From: a virus
Reading direction: 5' to 3' (one strand)
IMG/VR virus record: IMGVR_UViG_3300041964_000082
Location: 1 to 64,000 of that record
DNA: 64,000 nucleotides
Part shown: piece after piece, positions 56,608-64,000 of the stretch
Numbering within the stretch: the first letter of the stretch is position 1
Layout: each line of letters opens with the position of its first letter
The notes under the pieces: generated by a model
The model's input: the letters and a program-made list of their open reading frames with translations, nothing else
Databases searched by the model: none
What the model was told of the DNA's origin: nothing
Made by a program: the position numbers and the translations under genes

Positions 56608-58253
56608 TGGGCAGATTCTCCAAATTCTCTCGCTATTTCTCTTTCAATTTTGCCTTCATCCCAATCCAAAATATAAGGTGGTTTTGTCAGGCGATGCAGG
56701 CGCGATCGATAAAGCGATCGCAGTTCTTCAGAATGTGGACTTTCAAATATGGAACCTAGCCAAAAATCAGGATCGTTCAGTGGTGTATCAATTCCTAACT
56801 TATTGCATTTAGCAGCCGCTGCATAGGGATTCCATTCATTCAAATACGCAATTTTGCGCCATTGGCGAAAGTAAGCGATCGCTCCTTCTCTCGACTGCTT
56901 GGCGCTGAGTTCGCTGCCCAGAGTTAGCAACTTGCCTGTAGCTGGATCAACCAAGAAAACGCTCGATCGCGGCTGCTCAGCTTGGCAGTGAGGGCAGACA
57001 ATCATGCAGGCTAGAATGCTTTTCTTGCAGCTAGCACAGCGCTTCTGAGGTGCATCACCTTCTAGCTTGGCAACAGGTGACAAGATCGAGTGATCGATTG
57101 ATTCACTTAAATCTTCAATTTTGGGATGCAGCCCACTATCGCCAAGCTGCACATTACCCGCAAAATCAAACACATGGCCTGATTGCTTACCAGATGCAGA
57201 GCAAGGGCGCGATACTCTGCCAACCGCCTGCACATAGCGATCGCGGCTTTTGATTGCTCTGAATAGCAACGCCGACTGAGTACAGGGCATATCCCAGCCT
57301 GTAGACAAAGCTTGAACACATAGCAGGTTAGTTTGCCCTGTCTCATACTCAACCATCAGTCGTTCGTAGTCGGCTTGCTTTGTCTCTTCACCGATGATTT
57401 CAAAGCGATGCCCTAACCTGCTTGCAATTGCTTGCACCCGTTCAATTTGGCTGAATCCCCCTTGCTTAGGCTTGCAAAAACCAACAGCATGAATCGGCGC
57501 GATCTGTTGCTGCTGACAGGTATTGAGCCACTGTTGCAGCATCCACTCGATCGCGCTGTCAGAGTCCAGATCGAGCTTTTCTTTGTCCTTCAGCGGGCGA
57601 ATGAGAGAATGATAGACCAATGGCGACAAATAGCCCTTTGCCTGCATCTGCCTGTAAGAGGGCAATGTAACAACTGCGGTATGCCGCTCTAAATCTCCAT
57701 GCCGCAGATCCACACCCATCGATCGATTAAATGGCGTAGCGGTGAAGCTGATGATCTTCTTCCACTGCCAGCGCTTGTAAATATCTTCTACTTCCTTAAA
57801 AAAACTGCCTGTGTGCCCTTCATCAATCAACACCACTGCGCTATCAGATAGCCACTGATGGAGCGCAGGACGTGATGCAAGCGTTTGCAGCGTGACGATC
57901 TGAATCGGTGCATGAATGTCTTCAAGCTCAGGAAATGCACCTGAAAGCACCCCGTACCTGCCAGCTAAACCCATGCGATCGAGCGCACCGACCATCTGAG
58001 TGTGATTGGTTGCCGACCTTGTAACAACGCAGTTGAAGGGCACTAGAATCGCGCATTTCTGCCGTGCATTGTAGGCTTGACGAGCGATCGCAGCTTGCAG
58101 GTTGGTTTTGCCTGTGCCAGGTGATCCGCTCACCAAAATCCGGCTATGACCTTGATAAAAACAGCGATCGATTTCCGCGATCGCTGTTTTCTGATAGTCC
58201 CTCAGCTTGACCAGCGGTTGAGGGAGATAGGAAGGAAGAATGGGCGATCTCAT
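56604..58253 (-). CDS. SF2 (DExH) helicase with C-terminal zinc finger
   Basis: LRDYQ, PGTGKT, IDEGH, TATP, STGWD, QAVGRVSR, CASC..CPHC. Confidence 0.92.
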   Translation of the reverse strand: MRSPILPSYLPQPLVKLRDYQKTAIAEIDRCFYQGHSRILVSGSPGTGKTNLQAAIARQAYNARQKCAILVPFNCVVTRSATNHTQMVGALDRMGLAGRYGVLSGAFPELEDIHAPIQIVTLQTLASRPALHQWLSDSAVVLIDEGHTGSFFKEVEDIYKRWQWKKIISFTATPFNRSMGVDLRHGDLERHTAVVTLPSYRQMQAKGYLSPLVYHSLIRPLKDKEKLDLDSDSAIEWMLQQWLNTCQQQQIAPIHAVGFCKPKQGGFSQIERVQAIASRLGHRFEIIGEETKQADYERLMVEYETGQTNLLCVQALSTGWDMPCTQSALLFRAIKSRDRYVQAVGRVSRPCSASGKQSGHVFDFAGNVQLGDSGLHPKIEDLSESIDHSILSPVAKLEGDAPQKRCASCKKSILACMIVCPHCQAEQPRSSVFLVDPATGKLLTLGSELSAKQSREGAIAYFRQWRKIAYLNEWNPYAAAAKCNKLGIDTPLNDPDFWLGSIFESPHSEELRSLYRSRLHRLTKPPYILDWDEGKIEREIAREFGESAQ

Positions 58254-58406
58254 GGTTGCGCTATCTTTCCCACTCACGCCAAACAACAAATGAAACAGCA
58301 AACAATACGGTGATTAGCAAAAGCCAGATCAACGGCGTATTTGTCCACGCTCCAAACAAAGAGATTGCAAAACTGAATGCAATAACTGCCGTATGTTCAG
58401 AGGAAG

Positions 58407-61032
58407 TCATGACTCTTTCCCCTTAGCTCCCAAAACAATTGCATTCAGAGCGGATTCACTTACAGAGTAGTAATAGCAGTCTGATCCCATGTTCAAGAAT
58501 TCGGCATAGCTTTGTGCTTCTGCAAGAGTCTTGAAACCCGATTTATAAAGTCTTCTTGTTGAAGGCCATCCTTCTTCCCATATAGAGTAATTGTCTTCCC
58601 TGGATTGATGTGTCATGACTGTTCACCTCGAATAATGCTTGCTTTGCCATTATTTACTTCGATCGCTTTCCCTGGATTCGATCGCCATATGTCGATCAAC
58701 TCTTGAGGCAATTTGCCAGCCTTCGCTTCAAACCAACTATCAACCAGAGCAGCAGGTACAAGATAATGCGCTGGCTCTGTTGTTGGTTGAGCCGCTTCAG
58801 GGTCAAAGTCACCCGTAGGATCAGCCATTGTTGCTGTAGCTGTCTGCGGCTGTTGCTGGGCTTGCTGGAGTGCCTGCCGTGCTTCGTAGTTGGGAGGTCT
58901 AACACCGATTACCTCAGCAAATTCCTCATGCCGATCGATGGGGATTAGGCCATACAACTGCTCAGCTTCGTCAATTTCTTTGAGCTTTTCACCGATTTGA
59001 ATTTCTTTGCGGATGCGTTCTGATTTGACTTCTTTTTCCAGTCCCTCAGCGCGATCGAGAGAGGCTACCTCATCCTCACGAATGCGCTCAACTGCCACTG
59101 ACACACCGAAGAAGGCGATCGCCGCTAGCAGCCTGCCTGAGTTGGCAGGATTCTTGGGCTGCATTAAACAGGCGAGTAGCAAGCATCCACCGAAGATTCC
59201 CAGCCCTGTAGAGAGGCGATCGAATAGTGACACCGACTGCTTTTTAGCTGTCTTGTGCTGATGAAATAGGTTCATGGCAACACCTGCTGATACTGCGGCT
59301 GGTAGGGCTGTGCAGGTGGTGCAGGCTGAAATAGCAGCGACATTGCAAACGAGCAAACGATCGCGCTTAGCGCTCCCCAAAACAGGCAGGTGTTTCGTAA
59401 TTCTTGGATCTCGGTTGCCTGTCGTCGCTGTTCACGCTTGAGAATGTGGATTTCATCATCGATCGCTGCGATGTCTGCCGCAATTCTGCGCGTGTTGTCG
59501 CCTGTCAGTCGATGATAGGTTTGCGCGGCTTGCGCTGCTCGTTCTGCTTCTACTGTACTGTCTTGAATTTGCCAGGATTCTCGTAATTGATGCACTTGCT
59601 TTCCTCCTTCAGATAAGCTTGCCGATGCCGATTACTGCGGCGACCGACAGGCAAAACAAAATGGCATAGGGTAAAAATCGGGATGGGAAAAGTTGAGGCT
59701 CCACTTGGAACTCTTCGCCTGATTCTTGAGCTTTGGCAAGCATGAACGCCAGTACGATCGCCCCTACTCCAAGCACAAAGCTGATAAATAGAGTGGTCAT
59801 TCCGAGTGATGCTGTTACCGAAAAATGCCCCGTTGCCAGCAATAGCGCGATCAGCAGTCCTGATTCGTTCCACCATTCAAAAAAGGGTCTGAGAGCTTTC
59901 ATGGCAACCACTCCTGAATTTGGTTGATTGGATTGAGTGCGGTTAGCTGCTGCTGAGCTTTTAGGGCAACGTAGGCACTGCCAGCGGCGATCGTCGTTGC
60001 GGTCAGGATGCCGCACATAAAGCCGATCGAGAATCGAATCATGTTTTACCTCTAACGCTTTATGAGAAAAGAAAGAAAAGCGCGATCATGACGATCGCGC
60101 TACCAGGAAATGATGCTAGATCGCAAACCGAGATGCGGCTTGACTGATTGCAGTGTTAAATGATGCCTTAGCATGGCCTTCACTAAGTTTGTGCTGTGCT
60201 TCGGCGTTGATTTGGGCAACTGCTTGACCTGCCTCGCCTGCTGCCATCGCAATATTGGCGCGACTTTTGGCGGCTGCTACATAGCCTTTTGTAGCAGCGA
60301 TCAATGGCTTTTCAAGCATTTGCATTGTGTGGGCATCACGAATAACTGCGCCAATTTCTGCGCCAAGAGTACGCGCTTTTTCTTGAGTGAGTGGACGCTG
60401 AATTGCCTGCACACCACGCATGATCTTTTGTCCGTTCTGCCGATCGATTGCGTTATTTTTGCCAACCGCTAGCAGCGCAGCATTGCTGATACCAAGCCCG
60501 TTAGTCGCAATCGCAACACTGGATTCACTTTGTGTATTCACTCGACTGATGCCCTGACTGACTGCTCGAACTAAACCCATGAGTCGATCCTCCAATAATC
60601 AGTAGTGCTGTAGCTGTGCCCGCTACTAGCAGGACTTTGTTTGCAGTATCTAAGCGATTAATTGCCGACGCCGATCGCCTCAGCAAGCTCGACATTCGCA
60701 GCGTCACCCAAACGATCGAGGGCATCCGCTGTAAATCGATCGAGAGTTGCCGCAATTCTTTCATCGACACGCCGAAAGGAGTCGGCTAGCTTGCGATCCA
60801 CCTCCTGCATTTTGCGTTCGACGTGGGATTCAAGGTTCGTAGCATTCGATTCAATCTTTGCGGCAAGGCGATCGACTTCACCGATCATCTTTTGATGCTG
60901 CGTGTCGGCATTGCGATCGGCTTGCGCCAACTTGTCAGCGATTGATCGACTGCCTGACTTTGCTAGCTTGCCGTTACTGTCGCCATTGAGTGAGGGGCGA
61001 TCGGGTTGCTTGGGTAGACCTTCTAGAGCCAT
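58407..61032 (-). CDS. Operon of membrane-anchored and coiled-coil hypothetical proteins
   Basis: Five to six coupled ORFs with 1-3 hydrophobic segments or Ala-rich coiled coils. Confidence 0.55.
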
Positions 61033-61176
61033 ATGACATCTCCTGAATTTGCTCTTTTTCGGACAATAACACAGGTTACCGTTATTTGGTACAAATTCGG
61101 GCTTATTTTGGACACCTAGCGAAAATTCACTGTAGAATGACACCTAATCAGCCATACCGTAGGATTAAAAGCATCC

Positions 61177-61470
61177 ATGCCAGATACACTCATGCCCGCT
61201 AAAGACGATCGACTCCGCATTTCCTCGCTTGGGGAGTACTACGAAGACTTGCTTGCAGTTGACAGCCGCATCAACGATCGAACACCTGCACAGCAAGGAT
61301 CGAGCTTGCTGTGTGCAAAACTCCAAGAGCGAGAGCAGCGCATTAAAGATCGGGTGGGCTATTTGGCGTGGAAACGTGGGTTGTCGTTTGATGAAATGTG
61401 GAAGCAGTTGGTGCAGGACAACTACAGCAAAATCACCCCAGAAGAAGCGGTATTTCTAAGGGAAGAGTAG
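61177..61470 (+). CDS. Conserved-looking small hypothetical (possible DNA-binding protein)
   Basis: Intact 97-aa ORF divergent from the membrane operon. Confidence 0.55.
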   Translation: MPDTLMPAKDDRLRISSLGEYYEDLLAVDSRINDRTPAQQGSSLLCAKLQEREQRIKDRVGYLAWKRGLSFDEMWKQLVQDNYSKITPEEAVFLREE

Positions 61471-61569
61471 TTTTCGGCCTGTCTGTACTGCGGCAGCAGG
61501 CAAAATCAGTAGATCAAAGGCTCCGCAGAAACTTTTGCGGAGTTTTTATTAATTGCAGGGGTTTCGAGA

Positions 61570-62100
61570 ATGACCACTCAGGATATCTACAGCAGCGCAT
61601 CAGCTCGAAAGATTTGCACATTGCTCTATGGCAAGGCAATTCATCCGAGTACTTGGGCGAGTTGGCGAAAACTCGCAGATATTGATAGCAACCAAAAGAG
61701 GCTAACCAAACATCAATACCTTTTGGTTTGCGCGATCGCTTACATCAGAAGCATCCACCCTAAAAAGCATCTGACCTGGAGCTTTGTAGAACCTGTGATG
61801 CTTGAAATTGAATTGCACATTGCAGCGGCTCTTAAAAGAACTTCTGCTGCATACAAAATTGCCAACAAAGCGATTAAACCTTCCAAGGAGTCGCGGCTTA
61901 TTAAAGGCAGAGATATTCCGTCTTACTTGAAAAGCAGAGGGATTAATCCGCCTCATATCAGCACTGTCTATAGAAAAATTGCAGGCTTTTCGCTGGAAGA
62001 ATACTACAGCGATCGCCAAGTTCTGGCAATTTTCAAGCACCACAAGTCAATTCAGAGCTTCAATCGAACCTATAAAATCAGATCCCTACAGTTTGCTTAG
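61570..62100 (+). CDS. Basic hypothetical protein with HTH-like segments
   Basis: IHPSTWASWRK and PHISTVYRK segments. Confidence 0.55.
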   Translation: MTTQDIYSSASARKICTLLYGKAIHPSTWASWRKLADIDSNQKRLTKHQYLLVCAIAYIRSIHPKKHLTWSFVEPVMLEIELHIAAALKRTSAAYKIANKAIKPSKESRLIKGRDIPSYLKSRGINPPHISTVYRKIAGFSLEEYYSDRQVLAIFKHHKSIQSFNRTYKIRSLQFA

Positions 62101-62678
62101 TTTTTGAGATGCAATTATAAAGATCCAGACTGGGTAAGGGTTTCAGCGATTGGCGGATCAATACAGTATGGATTTCGCACTATTTTTGCCTGTTTTGCAA
62201 TCGCTGAAACTCTTGCCCAGAAAGGATTCGCACGGAGTTGGCGATCGCCTGTTTTCTTGCGAACGTCGATCGGGCTTAAATCGACTCAATCGTTCGTCCC
62301 GCAAAGGTTGTAGGCGTTTTGCAAACACGATCGATCGGCTGAGGTTTGGCTACCAACTGCTCAGCAGCGCGATCCGGTAGGTTTGTACGCCAAGTAGTAT
62401 CGAATCGCTTACGCGCCAAACCACTTGGACTATCCTTTTCCGCTTTAGCTCGATCGCGCAGTGCTTCGATGTCGTGACTACTCAATCGGAGTGGAAAGAC
62501 TAAAAGCTTAGTGGTCATTGATGCTGCTTTGAGAGTGCTTATACCCTGTCTAACGGCATCTCAGGGATAAAAGCAACGTTTGGACGACTATCTTGATTTG
62601 TGTTGCAAAGTCTTTACATTTGCTGCCCGATCGCCCCTTATGACAGATTTCTCCCAATGCTCCCACTAAGGCGTAGCG

Positions 62679-63083
62679 TCAGACATTCTCAGTGCTTGCT
62701 TCTAGAAGCTGGATTGACGGGAATTCATCAGGCAGCGCAATCTTGACCTTTAGAGTTAGCAACAGCGATCGAATGCTGCCATAGGTTTCGCCACCGCGAC
62801 AGTCAGTAAGCAGATCGAGCGGAATCAGTCGCTCGCCCGCGATCGTCGTTCTCCAGCCAATTTTGTTCGTGCGGCTGGCGTTAAAAGACTCGATCTCAGC
62901 AACGCGAGAAGCTGGAAGCAGTAGCCAGCGATTCTTGAGCCAATCTCTTGCACTAACTGAAAACCCTTTACCAGAAGCGGGGCGCAGCAGACGGGCGAGA
63001 TCTTGCTGAATTTCAGCAGACGCCTCGGCAAAAGATCGATCGCCGTTGGCAAAGAATGCTTCGACTTCCTCGGTTGTCGCCAT
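62679..63083 (-). CDS. Hypothetical protein
   Basis: 134-aa ORF coupled (TAATG) to the upstream gene. Confidence 0.55.
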   Translation of the reverse strand: MATTEEVEAFFANGDRSFAEASAEIQQDLARLLRPASGKGFSVSARDWLKNRWLLLPASRVAEIESFNASRTNKIGWRTTIAGERLIPLDLLTDCRGGETYGSIRSLLLTLKVKIALPDEFPSIQLLEASTENV

Positions 63084-63890
63084 TAAACGTTTCTCCCCAT
63101 TGCCGTCTCTTTGGCCTGAATTCCGTTGTAATAGTTTGTGTGTTGTGCTGCCGTCAAGCCTCGTCCTACGCCAATGTGAGTCATGAGTCGATTGGCAAAA
63201 TTCGCAGGCCCAGCCGTCACATTAAACGCAAAAGCGTAAATTGAGTTTGTCGGCAACGTTCCCGCTGAACTGCTGATAGAAGCTAAAGATGTTGCATTGC
63301 GATAAATTGCCGCTGAGTTGTTGGCGGTTCGGTTGCCTGTGAATAGTCCTAGCGTGTTTGTGTTTGAGGTTGATGTGCGAGAGGTTTGATTTGAGTAGCA
63401 ATCAAAAGTGAAAACATCGCTGGCCGAAGCGTGAAGCAAAAAAGATGAGGATCCAGACAAATAGGCTCCAATATCAACCGCCCCGGTTGATCCGCTTTGC
63501 TGCCTGCGAGAATAAAAGGCTAACCGCCCAGACGTAGACGTAGAAACTTCTGAAGGAATGATGCCAAGATCCAAGTATTTTGAGATTATTGCTTCGTTCC
63601 AGCATCCAGTCCAGTCGCTTCCGTCCAATCCCCTGCACGAAAGTTAACGATGAAATAGTCTTGCCTGTTGGGATGTATAGAGGCGTCAATGCAGCAGCAA
63701 GATTTGTCCCCAAGAACGGCATCTCTAGCCCGATGCGGATGGTCGAGAGAATGCCTGCAAGCTCCCACCGTAAGCACCATGCTGTTCGCAAGGCATCGAA
63801 TGCCGTGCCCGATATCGTCCCACCCGCAGTCGTAGCGCGATCGAACCAACTCACAACGTCAGGATGGGGCTCGTAAATGCCTGAGAGCAT
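63083..63890 (-). CDS. LamG-like virion-associated protein (frameshifted)
   Basis: S/T/N-rich beta protein, AIYRNA..., IGVGRGLTAAQHTNYY..IQ....MGRNV ending. Confidence 0.55.
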
Positions 63891-64000
63891 TAGACTGCCG
63901 CTCCATGAAAGACCCAGGTGTTAGCCGACAAACGTCTCAGCACGATCGACTTGTAGCGAGCAGTAATGACCACAGTCGTTGCTGCTCCGTTCAAGGTGAC

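Larger units (their letters stand above)
1..64000. mobile_element. Temperate cyanophage / prophage region (siphovirus-like); ends not visible in the window
   Basis: Ordered tail, lysis, integrase-like, replication and regulatory modules; no host housekeeping genes; HIP1 (GCGATCGC) throughout indicates a cyanobacterial host. Confidence 0.9.

Overview
The window looks like a large part of a temperate siphovirus-type cyanophage or prophage. The cyanobacterial HIP1 octamer GCGATCGC is pervasive. Layout: 1-16 kb tail morphogenesis (tail tube, chaperones with a -1 slip site, tape measure, hub, fibre proteins). 16-24 kb lysis and morons (M15 endolysin, type IV pilin, DUF3307-like, holin-like, EAL phosphodiesterase, a candidate ncRNA, MerR, HNH). 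24.3-25.9 kb a badly garbled large serine integrase. 26-42 kb a leftward replication and modification module (PolA, primase-helicase, HNH-AP2, SSAP, two methyltransferases). 42-52 kb regulatory switches and small-gene cassettes. 52.8-54.3 kb a TnpB-only IS200/IS605 element. 56-61 kb a GIY-YIG, SF2 helicase and membrane-protein operon. Reverse-oriented virion-like genes lie at the right end. Many core genes are split by indels (probably uncorrected long-read error, possibly prophage decay), so their coordinates are approximate. The most striking signal is a pair of related antisense-oriented HNH cassettes. Each sits inside a gene and carries a second, diverged copy of the gene end it displaced. 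Each also has a conserved, covarying hairpin antisense to its 5' UTR. More broadly, several gene-sized cassettes are bracketed by short direct repeats of stop/RBS/start junctions.
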